Assembly: GCA_949292945.1 (NCBI GenBank)
Contig: CASFAX010000003.1
Span: 37,554 to 101,553, forward strand
Reading direction: 5' to 3'
Length of the DNA stretch: 64,000 bases
DNA from: an uncultured Bacillota bacterium
GTDB taxonomy: Bacteria; Bacillota; Clostridia; Peptostreptococcales; Anaerovoracaceae
A program made the position numbers and the translations under genes. Below the pieces are notes generated by a model. That model saw nothing but the letters and a program-made list of their open reading frames with translations, had not been told where the DNA came from and did no database searches. Positions 48,549 through 58,865 of the stretch are shown here, in pieces. Positions within the stretch are counted from its first letter, which is position 1. Each line of letters opens with the position of its first letter.

Positions 48549-49583
48549 ATGAAAGCACTTACATATGTGGAAAACGGAAAATTTCAGCTGGTGGAAAAAC
48601 CGAAACCGGAGATACGGGAAAGCAGGGATGCCATAGTAAAGGTGACACTGGGATCCATCTGCACCAGCGACCTTCACATAAAGCACGGCGGCGTGCCGAG
48701 GGCAGTTAAAAAAATAACAGTAGGTCACGAGATGGTGGGAATCGTCGATTCTGTTGGAAAGGATGTAAAGACCGTAAAGCCAGGAGATCGGGTTACGGTA
48801 AACGTAGAGACCTTCTGTGGAGAGTGTTTTTTCTGTAAGCACGGTTTTGTCAATAACTGTACAGATGAAAACGGCGGTTGGGCCCTGGGCTGCCGCATAG
48901 ACGGCGGACAGGCAGAATACGTAAGGGTTCCATATGCTGACAGAGGGCTGGATTTAATACCGGAGTCCGTGACAGACGAACAGGCCCTATTCGTAGGAGA
49001 TATTCTGGCAACAGGGTTCTGGGCTGCGAAAATATCCGAGATTACCGCGGAGGACACGGTTCTAATAATAGGCGCAGGGCCTACGGGAATCTGCACTCTT
49101 CTTTGCGTAATGCTGAAAAATCCGAAGAGAATAATAGTATGTGAAAAGGATGAGGACAGAAGGAATTTCGTAAAGGAACATTACCGTGACGTTTACGTAT
49201 GCACCCCTGAGGCATGTGAGGAATTTACCAGGCTAAATTCCGATCACGGCGGAGCTGACAGAGTTATAGAAGCCGCGGGAGGAGTCGATACGTTTCAGCT
49301 GGCATGGAAGTGCGCCCGACCGAACGCAGTAGTGACAGTCGTCGCAATGTACGAGGAACCGCAGATTTTGCCGCTTCCTGACATGTATGGAAAGAACCTC
49401 ACCTTTAAAACCGGAGGCGTAGACGGCTGCGACTGTAAAGATATACTAAAGCTCATAGAGCGGGGCAAAATAGATACGACACCTCTGATAACGCATAGAT
49501 TTCCCCTTTCGGAGATAGAGGAAGCCTACAGAATTTTTGAAAACAGGCTGGACGGAGTTATTAAGGTAGCGATTGAAGTATAA
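48549..49583 (+). CDS. zinc-dependent medium-chain alcohol/polyol dehydrogenase
   Basis: GHEMVGIVDSVG catalytic zinc motif, structural-zinc Cys cluster CGECFFCKHG..C, and Rossmann IIGAGPTG. Confidence 0.85.
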   Translation: MKALTYVENGKFQLVEKPKPEIRESRDAIVKVTLGSICTSDLHIKHGGVPRAVKKITVGHEMVGIVDSVGKDVKTVKPGDRVTVNVETFCGECFFCKHGFVNNCTDENGGWALGCRIDGGQAEYVRVPYADRGLDLIPESVTDEQALFVGDILATGFWAAKISEITAEDTVLIIGAGPTGICTLLCVMLKNPKRIIVCEKDEDRRNFVKEHYRDVYVCTPEACEEFTRLNSDHGGADRVIEAAGGVDTFQLAWKCARPNAVVTVVAMYEEPQILPLPDMYGKNLTFKTGGVDGCDCKDILKLIERGKIDTTPLITHRFPLSEIEEAYRIFENRLDGVIKVAIEV

Positions 49584-49602
49584 ATGTTACAGGAGGTATA
49601 TC

Positions 49603-50100
49603 ATGTTCAGAGAAATGAGAAGAAAAAAGCAGGTTATGAGCGAAGAGGTTACGAAAAAAGTTCTGTCCGATGGCACCTCGGGAGTTCTGGCTCTTGAAGG
49701 TGACGACGGTTATCCTTACGCCGTGCCGGTAAGCTACGTCTATGACGGCGAGAAGCTGTATTTTCACTGCGCAAAGGAAGGACATAAGATAGACGCGATA
49801 AAGAGGAACGAGAAAGCTTCCTTTTGCGTAATTGAGACGGACCATGTCGTTCCGGAGGAATATACCACATATTTCAGAAGCGTTATTGCCTTCGGCAGGA
49901 TAAGAATCCTGACGGGAGACGATGAAAAGCGTGACGCCCTTGCAAAGCTGGGAAAGAGGTATGCTCCGGGGGATTCTCCTGAAAATCTGGCAAAGTACAT
50001 AAATAAAGAGTGGGATCCCGTATGCGTTCTCGAAATGACGGTAGATCATCTGTCCGGAAAGGAAGCCATCGAATTCGTAAGAGAAAGAGAAAACAGGTAA
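49603..50100 (+). CDS. pyridoxamine 5'-phosphate oxidase-fold flavoprotein (NimA-like)
   Basis: GVLALEGDDGYPYAVPVSYVYDGEKLYFHCA pattern. ATG 49603 follows AGGAGG. The track ORF begins at TTG 49573. Confidence 0.7.
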   Translation: MFREMRRKKQVMSEEVTKKVLSDGTSGVLALEGDDGYPYAVPVSYVYDGEKLYFHCAKEGHKIDAIKRNEKASFCVIETDHVVPEEYTTYFRSVIAFGRIRILTGDDEKRDALAKLGKRYAPGDSPENLAKYINKEWDPVCVLEMTVDHLSGKEAIEFVRERENR

Positions 50101-50147
50101 TCGCAAAACGTTATGGCAGCGGCACGGAGCCTGGCTCCGCGCCGTTC

Positions 50148-50176
50148 TTGAAATATACATGCCAAAGTGGTAAAAT
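50148..50176 (+). promoter_or_regulatory. sigma-A promoter for asd
   Basis: TTGAAA, a 17-nt spacer, and an extended -10 TGgTAAAAT. Confidence 0.55.
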
Positions 50177-50218
50177 ATAACGATAATATTCAGATCAAGA
50201 CGTTAAAAGGAGCAAGAC

Positions 50219-51313
50219 ATGAAAGAGAGAGAAAGAAAGCTCAGAGCCGGAATAATCGGCGGAACCGGAATGGTGGGACAGCGATTTGTGACATTGCTTT
50301 CAGACCATCCGTGGTTTCAGGTAAGCGCTATTGCTGCCAGCGCCAGAAGTGCAGGCAAGACGTATGAGGAAGCCGTGGGAGACCGGTGGAAGATGACCGC
50401 GCCTATGCCGGATAACGTGAAGAATATCATCGTTAAGGATGTTAAGGATATTGCAGCCATGTCCGAAGAAGTCGATTTCGTGTTCAGCGCCGTGGACATG
50501 ACGAAGGAAGAGATAAGGAAGATAGAGGAAGACTACGCAAAGGCTGAAATTCCAGTCGTATCCAACAACAGCGCTCACCGCTGGACTCCGGATGTGCCTA
50601 TGGTAATCCCTGAAATCAACATGCAGCATTTTGATGTCATAGAACATCAGAAGAAGAGACTGGGAACAGAGCACGGATTTATAGCCGTTAAGCCTAACTG
50701 CTCCATTCAGGGGTACGTGCCGGCACTTGCGGCCTGGAAGGAATACGAGCCATACGAGGTCGTAGTGACCACTTATCAGGCCATAAGCGGCGCCGGAAAG
50801 ACGTTTAAGGACTGGCCGGAAATGGTTGAAAACATCATTCCGTACATCGGAGGAGAAGAAGAAAAGAGCGAGCAGGAGCCGCTGAGGATTTTCGGACACA
50901 TCGAAGATGGCGAAATTGTCAAGGCTCAGGAGCCTGTTATCACCAGCCAGTGCGTGAGAGTTCCGGTACTTGACGGCCACACCGCCGCAGTCTTTGTCAA
51001 GTTCAGAAAGAAACCTTCAAAGGAAGAGCTGATAGAAAAGCTGAAAGCATTCAGGGGATTTCCTCAGGAAGCGGAACTTCCTTCTGCTCCAAAGCAGTTT
51101 ATCCAGTATCTGGAAGAAGACGACAGACCTCAGGTTAAGCTTGACGTGAACTACGAAAACGGATTCGGCGTTTCCATAGGAAGGCTCAGAGAGGATACGG
51201 TATACGATTATAAGTTTATCGGCCTTGCCCACAATACAGTCAGGGGAGCAGCCGGAGGAGCCGTTCTCTGCGCTGAAGCCCTTACGGCAAAGGGATATAT
51301 AACAGAAAGATAG
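50219..51313 (+). CDS. asd: aspartate-semialdehyde dehydrogenase
   Basis: IIGGTGMVGQRF Rossmann motif, active-site Cys context KPNCSIQGY, and ISGAGK. Confidence 0.85.
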   Translation: MKERERKLRAGIIGGTGMVGQRFVTLLSDHPWFQVSAIAASARSAGKTYEEAVGDRWKMTAPMPDNVKNIIVKDVKDIAAMSEEVDFVFSAVDMTKEEIRKIEEDYAKAEIPVVSNNSAHRWTPDVPMVIPEINMQHFDVIEHQKKRLGTEHGFIAVKPNCSIQGYVPALAAWKEYEPYEVVVTTYQAISGAGKTFKDWPEMVENIIPYIGGEEEKSEQEPLRIFGHIEDGEIVKAQEPVITSQCVRVPVLDGHTAAVFVKFRKKPSKEELIEKLKAFRGFPQEAELPSAPKQFIQYLEEDDRPQVKLDVNYENGFGVSIGRLREDTVYDYKFIGLAHNTVRGAAGGAVLCAEALTAKGYITER

Positions 51314-51399
51314 GATCAAACGGTCAGGGGCGGTCGTGACGGAAGTCTTGACCGCTTAAACCTGTTTTACGGCATTTTTTTCAGGAGAAGATTTCAGAA

Positions 51400-54090
51400 G
51401 TGGCAGCGACAAAAAAAGCATCTAAATCATCTAAATCCAGGAAGGCAGAAACGAATAAAACCGGCAGTTCCGGCAGGAAGTCATCCTCCGGAAAGAGAGA
51501 TTCATCGAAGGATTCCGGTAAAGATAAGGCAGTTCATAAAGGCGTACGCGATAACATATGGGGCGTATGCCTTATTGCCCTTGGGATATTTCTCTTTGCT
51601 GCCATAGAATTCGAAGCGGCAGGGGAGATAGGAAATATGCTCGGAGATTTTCTGAAGGGCATATTCGGCTTTGTCGCTCATGTTCTGCCGTTCTACCTCC
51701 TTGCACTAGGGGCGCTTCTCTTTCTTAACAGAAATGCTCACGTATCATGGCTTACGTTTATACTTTCCGTAGTCGTTCTCCTCATGTTCTGCCTCATAAA
51801 CTCGGGCAGGTTCATCGACGGGGAAAATATCCGTTATGCCGCGGGAGATTTCTATGAGAGCGGAGTGACTCTTGAAAGCGGAGGTCTTTTCGGAATGATG
51901 CTGGGCTCTGCCCTTGTGAAGTTTACGGGAAAAGTAGGACTTTACATAATATCTGTTGTAGTAATCCTCGTGTGCATCCTAATCGTCATCAACAGACCTG
52001 TTTCTGCGGCCGTGGATAAAATAACGGACGGGGCGCAGAAGGCAAAGGAACGCAGAGAGGAAAGGGAAGAAGAGCTTGCATCTCTTGAAACGGAAAACAG
52101 GGCGGAAAATTCGCAGCTTACCATAGAAGGCCTAATGTCAAATCCTTATGACATAAAACAGTATGAAAAACCGGAAAAGAAGAGCAGGCTTAAGAATATC
52201 CTCAGGTATATGAAGGACGACAGACTCTTCGAGAAGGATATGACGGCTTTTGACAGCGACAAGGCCATGTCCCCGGGAAACGGTGAAGATGCCGGTGAAG
52301 TTTCGGGCACTCAGGAGGCGGAAGCTCTCGGACCGGAGATTTCTTACGGCCTTGACGGGACAAAGGCTGAAGTCGTGCCGGGGTACGGCCTTGACGGCGG
52401 CGATGAAAGAGCCTCTGACGGATACGGCCTTGAAGGAAATATCTTTCCTGACAACATTGGAATTTCAGGCTACGGCCTCGACGGTGATGTGGTATACCCT
52501 TCTTCCGAAGAGAGAGATGAAGAGACGGGGCTGCCGCCTGAGCAGGAGGCTTCAAAAGATGATAAACCGGCTAAAAGGAATCTTTCACAGGCTGAACTTA
52601 CGGAGCTGATGCCGGAAGTCGATACTGCTCCTAAGAAGAAAAAGTACAGGATGCCGCCGCTGGATCTTCTGAAGCCTGCTGCCGGAGGAAAGGATCCCCA
52701 TTTGGCGGCAGATCTTAAGGCCATGGCGGCAAAGCTGGAAGAGACTCTTAAAAACTTCAACGTTGACGCAAGAGTGATTCAGGTCACCAGAGGGCCTGCC
52801 GTAACCAGATACGAGATTCAGCCGGGAATCGGCGTCAAGGTAAGCAGTATAGCAAGGCTCTCAGACGACATAGCTTTAAACCTGGAGGCAAAGTCCATAA
52901 GAATAGAAGCGCCTATTCCGGGAAAAGCCGCAGTGGGCATAGAAGTCGAGAACGATAAGATAAACATGGTTACCCTGAGGGAGATTATCGGTTCTCAGGA
53001 ATTTAAACGGGCCGAATCGAAGATAACTTTTGCCGTAGGTAAGGATATAGCCGGAAAGGCAGTAGTTGCAGACCTTAAGAGCATGCCCCACCTTCTCATC
53101 GCAGGATCTACGGGCTCCGGAAAGAGCGTGTGCATAAACAGCATCATAACCAGCATACTTTACAAGGCAAATCCGGACGAGGTGAAGCTGGTGCTCATAG
53201 ACCCGAAGGTTGTGGAACTTGGAAACTACAATGGCATTCCGCACCTTCTCATTCCGGTGGTTACCGAGCCGACAAAGGCTGCGGCTGCTCTTAACTGGGC
53301 CGTTGCCGAAATGACGGACAGGTATAAGAAGTTTGCGGAAAACAACGTGAGAGATCTGGCTGGATACAATAAGCACATGTTGGCGGCAGGAGATGCGGAC
53401 AGCGTCATGCCTCAGATAGTGATAATAATCGACGAGCTTGCTGACCTTATGATGGCAGCGCCGTCTCAGGTGGAGGAGTCCATATGCAGGCTGGCCCAGA
53501 TGGCAAGAGCAGCCGGGATGCACCTTATCGTCGCTACTCAGAGACCGTCCGTCGATATCATCACGGGAGTAATAAAGGCCAATATTCCGTCCAGAATCGC
53601 CTTTGCCGTTTCATCTCAGTTCGATTCCAGAACCATTCTGGACATGTCGGGAGCTGAGAAGCTGGTGGGAAAGGGCGACATGCTCTTTAACCCTCTCGGA
53701 ATGGGAAAGCCCGTAAGAGTTCAGGGCTGTTTCATATCGGACGAAGAGGTGTCAGCTGTAATAGATTTCATAAAGTCTCAGAGCGAAGATGAGCCTGAGT
53801 ATGCAGATGACGTCATGAACACCATAGAAAAGGGAGGCCCTTCTGATGGAGGAAAGGATGACGACGGAGACGAGCTGCTTCCTGAGGCCATAGACTGCGT
53901 CGTTCACGCGGGGCAGGCATCTGTATCTATGCTCCAGAGGCGGTTCAGAATAGGATATAACAGGGCTGCCAGAATTGTGGAGATGATGGAGGAGAGAGGA
54001 ATAGTGGGCCCTCAGGACGGAAGCAGACCGAGACAGGTTCTTCTGACGGAAGAGGAACTCAACGCCATGAAGGAGGAAGCATTAGAATAG
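51400..54090 (+). CDS. ftsK: DNA translocase FtsK/SpoIIIE
   Basis: K/S-rich N-terminus, 4 TM segments, a long acidic linker, motor domain with Walker A GSTGSGKS, and a C-terminal gamma winged helix ([18 protein letters not shown]). GTG start. Confidence 0.92.
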   Translation: MAATKKASKSSKSRKAETNKTGSSGRKSSSGKRDSSKDSGKDKAVHKGVRDNIWGVCLIALGIFLFAAIEFEAAGEIGNMLGDFLKGIFGFVAHVLPFYLLALGALLFLNRNAHVSWLTFILSVVVLLMFCLINSGRFIDGENIRYAAGDFYESGVTLESGGLFGMMLGSALVKFTGKVGLYIISVVVILVCILIVINRPVSAAVDKITDGAQKAKERREEREEELASLETENRAENSQLTIEGLMSNPYDIKQYEKPEKKSRLKNILRYMKDDRLFEKDMTAFDSDKAMSPGNGEDAGEVSGTQEAEALGPEISYGLDGTKAEVVPGYGLDGGDERASDGYGLEGNIFPDNIGISGYGLDGDVVYPSSEERDEETGLPPEQEASKDDKPAKRNLSQAELTELMPEVDTAPKKKKYRMPPLDLLKPAAGGKDPHLAADLKAMAAKLEETLKNFNVDARVIQVTRGPAVTRYEIQPGIGVKVSSIARLSDDIALNLEAKSIRIEAPIPGKAAVGIEVENDKINMVTLREIIGSQEFKRAESKITFAVGKDIAGKAVVADLKSMPHLLIAGSTGSGKSVCINSIITSILYKANPDEVKLVLIDPKVVELGNYNGIPHLLIPVVTEPTKAAAALNWAVAEMTDRYKKFAENNVRDLAGYNKHMLAAGDADSVMPQIVIIIDELADLMMAAPSQVEESICRLAQMARAAGMHLIVATQRPSVDIITGVIKANIPSRIAFAVSSQFDSRTILDMSGAEKLVGKGDMLFNPLGMGKPVRVQGCFISDEEVSAVIDFIKSQSEDEPEYADDVMNTIEKGGPSDGGKDDDGDELLPEAIDCVVHAGQASVSMLQRRFRIGYNRAARIVEMMEERGIVGPQDGSRPRQVLLTEEELNAMKEEALE

Positions 54091-55322
54091 TGAAGGTATT
54101 TTTTGAGACTCTTGGATGTCCCAAGAATTTTTACGATACGGAAAATGCGGAAGGAATACTGGAGGCAGACGGATTTGAAATATGTGATGCCCCGGAGGAA
54201 GCGGATTTTGTCGTGGTGAACACCTGCGGCTTTATAAATGACGCAAAGACGGAATCCATAGAGCGGATTTTTGAAATGGCTCAGGTTAAGAGAGACGATG
54301 CAAAGCTGGTGGTGTCAGGATGTCTTTCAAAGAGGTATGCAAAGGAGCTATTTGAGGAGATGCCGGAGGCTGACGCCTTTGTCGGAGTAAACGAGTACGA
54401 AAAGCTTCCGGAGATACTCCGCTGGCTTTCCGAAAACCCCGGAGAGAGAAAGGTGCTCTGCGAAAACGGATACGACGAAATTTTAAAGCCGATGCCGAGA
54501 AAGCTGGGTGAAAATCCGTACACCGCAACCCTTAAAATCGCGGAAGGCTGCGACAACGTGTGCGCCTACTGCATCATTCCTTTCATCAGAGGGGGATACA
54601 GAAGCAAGAGGATGGAAGACGTGGTGGCAGAAGCCGAGTCTCTTGCCGAAGCGGGATGCAGGGAGCTTATCCTAATAGCTCAGGATGTAACCTGCTACGG
54701 ACTTGACCTTTACGGCGAATACAGCCTGGATAAGCTTCTCAGAAAGCTGTGCAGAATCGATGGGATAAGGTGGATACGGCTGATGTACTGCTACGACGAC
54801 CGCATAACGGATGAGCTCATAGAAACCATCGCCTCCGAGGACAAAATATGCAACTACCTGGATATTCCTATCCAGCATGCCAGCGACGCCGTCCTTTCTG
54901 CCATGAACAGAAGATCCAATAAGGCGGATTTAATAGCCAAGCTTGAAAAGATAAGAAATGCCATACCCGATATAAGGATCAGAACCACACTCATAACAGG
55001 CTTTCCGGGAGAGACGGAAGAAGATCACGAAGAGCTTCTGGAATTTGTGGAGGAACAGAAGTTTGCCCGTCTCGGAGTGTTCGCTTATTCCATGGAGGAG
55101 GGAACCCTTGCAGGAGAGATGGAGAACCAGGTGGACGAAGATATAAAGGCCCGCAGGCTCGATGAGATAATGAGAACCCAGCTTGAGATTTCTCTTGAGA
55201 ATAACCGCAGCCTCATAGGCCAGGTAATTTTCACGTCGGACAGGGAGCTTAAGCCGGGAGACATCGTCAATGTAAAGATAAGCGATGCGTTCGACTACGA
55301 CCTTACCGGAGAGGTATGCTGA
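54090..55322 (+). CDS. rimO: ribosomal protein S12 methylthiotransferase RimO (short TRAM domain)
   Basis: FETLGCPKNFYDTE N-domain and radical-SAM motif CDNVCAYC. Only about 35 aa follow the ..SLIGQ anchor, where MiaB in this window has about 60. Confidence 0.85.
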   Translation: MKVFFETLGCPKNFYDTENAEGILEADGFEICDAPEEADFVVVNTCGFINDAKTESIERIFEMAQVKRDDAKLVVSGCLSKRYAKELFEEMPEADAFVGVNEYEKLPEILRWLSENPGERKVLCENGYDEILKPMPRKLGENPYTATLKIAEGCDNVCAYCIIPFIRGGYRSKRMEDVVAEAESLAEAGCRELILIAQDVTCYGLDLYGEYSLDKLLRKLCRIDGIRWIRLMYCYDDRITDELIETIASEDKICNYLDIPIQHASDAVLSAMNRRSNKADLIAKLEKIRNAIPDIRIRTTLITGFPGETEEDHEELLEFVEEQKFARLGVFAYSMEEGTLAGEMENQVDEDIKARRLDEIMRTQLEISLENNRSLIGQVIFTSDRELKPGDIVNVKISDAFDYDLTGEVC

Positions 55323-55675
55323 TGGACAGAATAATAATAATAGACGGAAACAGCCTCATAAACAGGGCATATTACGCCATGGCAAGGCCAATGATTACCA
55401 GAGAGGGTATATACACCCAGGGAATCTACGGCTTTCTCAACATGCTCTCTAAAATAGAGGAAGACTATGAGCCTACCCATATGGCTGTGGCGTGGGATCT
55501 TAAGGCTCCGACTTTCCGTCATAAGGAATACGATGCCTATAAAGCGGGAAGAAAGACCATGCCCGCAGAGCTTGCCATGGAACTTCCCATAATGAAGGAC
55601 ATCCTCGAGGCGAAGGGAATCAGGAATCTTTCCGTAGAAGGAAGATGGCTGACGATGCCGGCATGGATACCATGA
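55316..55675 (+). CDS. polA: DNA polymerase I, N-terminal 5'-nuclease fragment (frame broken near 55643)
   Basis: IIIDGNSLINRAYYA and FRHKEYDAYKAGR motifs of the 5'-3' exonuclease domain. The frame ends at 55675 after out-of-frame residues RWLTMPAWIP. Confidence 0.8.
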   Translation: MLMDRIIIIDGNSLINRAYYAMARPMITREGIYTQGIYGFLNMLSKIEEDYEPTHMAVAWDLKAPTFRHKEYDAYKAGRKTMPAELAMELPIMKDILEAKGIRNLSVEGRWLTMPAWIP

Positions 55676-57945
55676 TAATCACCGGTGACAAGGACGCTCT
55701 TCAGCTGGCATCGGACACGGTGAAGGTTATCATCACAAAGAAGGGAATTACCGAATTCGAGCTTTACGATGCCGGGAAGATGAAGGAAAGGTATCAGCTC
55801 ACGCCGTCTCAGTTCGTGGACCTTAAGGGGCTTATGGGAGATTCGTCGGACAACATTCCGGGCATTCCGGGAGTAGGGGAGAAGACGGGAATAAAGCTTT
55901 TGACCCAGTTCGGATCCATTTCCAATATGCTTGCCCACACGGATGAAATATCCAATAAGAAGCTCAAGGAAAAGGTGGAAGAAAACGCCCAGCTGGCACT
56001 GATGAGCCGCCGCCTTGCGGAAATCGTAAGAAACGTTCCGGTAGGCGTTACGCTGGATGAGTTGAAAATCGGAGAGACGGATACTGCAAGGCTCATAGAC
56101 ATTTACAGGAAGCTTGAGTTCAAGAGCTTTCTCAAAAAGCTTCATATAGAAGGAAGTGAAACTAAGAGGTTCAGCGAGGAAAATTCGGCGGAAATCCTTT
56201 ACATAGATTCTTCCGAAGGAATAGAGGCGCTGAGCAGGGCTGAGGCAGGGGCGGAAGCAGTAGTAAAGACGGTGTCAGATCACAGCCATATCGGAAAGCC
56301 TGAAATCAGCGCCGTGGGAATCCTGATAGGCGACAGGTACTATCACGTCGACGTGACGGCAGAAGGGGTTCTTGAAAGCCTGGTAAACCTTTTGAACGAC
56401 AAGAGGTTCAGAATGTCAGGCCACGATCTGGTAAAGGAATACTACGATCTCATGTGGAACGGATTTGAAGCCGTAAATACGGATTTTGACACGGCCGTAG
56501 CCCAGTACGTCCTGGATCCGTCCAGATCCGGATACGATCTCAAATCTCTTGCGACGGAATATCTTCACTATGAGATAGCAGACGAAAAGGAAGCCTTAAA
56601 AGACCTGGGCCAGATGGACATTCTGGGAGAGAACGGAAAGAAACTGGCGGAATTCTGCATGGAGCAGTGCCTTGCAATTAGAAGAGTCAGAGCCGTTCAG
56701 GAAGAAGAAATCGGAGAAAAGGGTCTAGAGAACGTTTTCACAAAGGCGGAGCTGCCTCTCATAGAGGTTCTGGCTGCAATGGAGCGGCAGGGCTTTACCG
56801 TAGACAGGGAAACTCTGGCGGAGCAAGGAAGGCTTCTTACGGGCAGAATAAACAGGATTACCGATGAAATATTCAGCCTTGCGGGAGAGGAGTTCAACAT
56901 AAATTCTCCTGTCCAGCTGGGAGAAATCCTCTTCGAGAAACTGGGGCTTCCAGCCGGAAAGAAGACGAAGCGGGGATACAGCACCAGCGCCGACATCCTG
57001 GAAAAAATCAGGGACAAGCACCCTATAGTGGACATGGTCCTCCAGTACAGGACCCTTTCAAAGCTTAAGAGCACCTACGTGGACGGCCTCATCCCCCTCA
57101 TAGGAGCAGACGGCAGAATCCGTGCCCATTTCCGTCAGACTGTTACAGCTACGGGCAGGATAAGCTGCACCGAACCTAATCTTCAGAACATACCTATACG
57201 CCATGAGGAGGGAAGGCTTTTAAGGAAGGCCTTTACCCCGTCCAAGGACAACAGAATTCTCGTGGGGGCAGACTACTCTCAGATAGAGCTGAGGGTTCTG
57301 GCGCACCTTTCCGGCGATGAAAATCTCATAGAGGCATTTAACCGGGGCGACGACATTCACAGAAACACCGCCGCACGGGTCTTCGGCCTTAAATACGAGG
57401 ACGTTACGCCTCTTGACAGAAGCCGGGCCAAAGCCGTCAACTTCGGGGTTATATACGGAATGAGCGGATTCGGCCTTTCGGAAGAACTTTCCATAACGAG
57501 AAAGGAAGCCGAAAAGTACATCGCCGATTATTTCTCAAAACATGAAGCCGTAAAGAAATACATGGACGAGCAGGTAAGACTTTGCCGTGAGAGAGGTTTT
57601 ACTGAAACCATCCTCGGAAGGAGAAGATATATTCACGAGATAAATTCTTCCAACTACATGACGAGGCAGCTGGGGGAAAGGCTTGCCATGAACAGCCCTA
57701 TACAGGGAAGCGCCGCCGATATAATAAAGCTTGCCATGATAAAGGTATACCGGGAGCTGAAGGAGAAAAACATGCGCTCAAAACTCATCCTTCAGGTTCA
57801 CGATGAACTCATAATCGATACGGCTTTGGAGGAACTGGAGGACGTAAAGGAACTTCTCATAAGGAACATGACCGGAGCCATGGATCTTAAGGTTAAGCTT
57901 GAAAGCGACCTGAACATGGGAAAAACGTGGTACGACCTGAAATAA
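55645..57945 (+). CDS. polA: DNA polymerase I, main fragment (rest of 5'-nuclease domain, 3'-5' exo-like domain, polymerase domain)
   Basis: ADD..IITGDKDALQL, the H3TH motif GIPGVGEKTGIKLL, and polymerase motifs DYSQIELRVLAH, RSRAKAVNFGVIYG and QVHDELI. Confidence 0.9.
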   Translation: MADDAGMDTMIITGDKDALQLASDTVKVIITKKGITEFELYDAGKMKERYQLTPSQFVDLKGLMGDSSDNIPGIPGVGEKTGIKLLTQFGSISNMLAHTDEISNKKLKEKVEENAQLALMSRRLAEIVRNVPVGVTLDELKIGETDTARLIDIYRKLEFKSFLKKLHIEGSETKRFSEENSAEILYIDSSEGIEALSRAEAGAEAVVKTVSDHSHIGKPEISAVGILIGDRYYHVDVTAEGVLESLVNLLNDKRFRMSGHDLVKEYYDLMWNGFEAVNTDFDTAVAQYVLDPSRSGYDLKSLATEYLHYEIADEKEALKDLGQMDILGENGKKLAEFCMEQCLAIRRVRAVQEEEIGEKGLENVFTKAELPLIEVLAAMERQGFTVDRETLAEQGRLLTGRINRITDEIFSLAGEEFNINSPVQLGEILFEKLGLPAGKKTKRGYSTSADILEKIRDKHPIVDMVLQYRTLSKLKSTYVDGLIPLIGADGRIRAHFRQTVTATGRISCTEPNLQNIPIRHEEGRLLRKAFTPSKDNRILVGADYSQIELRVLAHLSGDENLIEAFNRGDDIHRNTAARVFGLKYEDVTPLDRSRAKAVNFGVIYGMSGFGLSEELSITRKEAEKYIADYFSKHEAVKKYMDEQVRLCRERGFTETILGRRRYIHEINSSNYMTRQLGERLAMNSPIQGSAADIIKLAMIKVYRELKEKNMRSKLILQVHDELIIDTALEELEDVKELLIRNMTGAMDLKVKLESDLNMGKTWYDLK

Positions 57946-57968
57946 CCGGCCGGCCGGAAGGTGATAAT

Positions 57969-58568
57969 ATGAAAGTGATAGGACTTACAGGCGGCAGCGG
58001 ATCAGGAAAGACGACTGCCGCCGGATTCATAAGGGAAATGGGGATAAAGGTAGTCGATGCCGATTCCATTGCACGGGACATTACCGTAAAGGGAAGTCCC
58101 GCCATTGGCAGGCTGGTGGACGCATTCGGAAGCGGCATTCTTCTTCCTGACGGAAACCTCGACAGAAAATCCATGGCAGACAGGATATTCAGCGATCCAA
58201 AGTCTAGAGCTATACTTGAATCCATAGTTACGGAAGGCGTCATAGAAAAGATAAAATCCGTAATAGAAGATGAAAGAAGCGCTGGAACTCCGGTTCTCGT
58301 CATAGATGCACCAACGCTCTTTGAGACCGGGTCAGATGCCCTATGCGACAAAGTGTGGCTGGTCACAGCCTCAGAAGCTGTCAGACTGAAAAGGCTTTCG
58401 AAACGGGACGGAATATCCGAAAAAAGCCTGAAAGCCAGAATAAACGGCCAGCTTTCCGAAGAGGAAAAGGCCTCCCGTTCCAATGTGGTCATAGAAAATG
58501 ACGGAACAGCAGAGGAGCTGAAGGAGAAAGTTCGGAAGGTGGTAAGGAGCGAAATTGCAGGGCTTTAG
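57969..58568 (+). CDS. coaE: dephospho-CoA kinase
   Basis: MKVIGLTGGSGSGKTT P-loop. ATG 57969 was preferred over the longer track ORF starting at 57927. Confidence 0.9.
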   Translation: MKVIGLTGGSGSGKTTAAGFIREMGIKVVDADSIARDITVKGSPAIGRLVDAFGSGILLPDGNLDRKSMADRIFSDPKSRAILESIVTEGVIEKIKSVIEDERSAGTPVLVIDAPTLFETGSDALCDKVWLVTASEAVRLKRLSKRDGISEKSLKARINGQLSEEEKASRSNVVIENDGTAEELKEKVRKVVRSEIAGL

Positions 58569-58709
58569 ATAGTGCGTTTTGCGCATATGTTACATGGCGA
58601 AATAATATAAAGCAGAGAAACAATTAATATGCAAAATTAGTGCTTGCAATTTCTTGGATTTGTGGTAACATATATAAATGTGGCCGGTAAAAAAACGGAC
58701 ACATGATAA

Positions 58710-58791
58710 GCGGCCGTGGCGGAATGGCAGACGCGTACGTTTGAGGGGCGTATGGGCAACCGTGCTGGTTCGAGTCCAGTCGGCCGCACCA
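58710..58791 (+). tRNA. tRNA-Leu (anticodon GAG)
   Basis: Hand-folded. Acceptor GCGGCCG/CGGCCGC, 3-bp D stem, anticodon stem TACGT/GCGTA with loop TTGAGGG, long variable arm, T arm CTGGTTCGAGTCCAG, encoded CCA. Confidence 0.9.
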
Positions 58792-58795
58792 CTTG

Positions 58796-58824
58796 AATCC
58801 GAACCGAACAGGTTCGGATTTTTT
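58796..58824 (+). terminator. Rho-independent terminator after tRNA-Leu(GAG)
   Basis: AATCCGAACC-gaaca-GGTTCGGATT followed by TTTT. Confidence 0.9.
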
Positions 58825-58865
58825 AGTATCAGCGTGTGTTACAGCTGAGCGGCGGATATACGGGT

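Noticed and set aside
50101-50218. Lysine riboswitch (L-box) upstream of asd.
   Set aside because: The predicted promoter (50148-50176) leaves a leader of only about 40 nt, too short for an L-box. No L-box motifs were seen.
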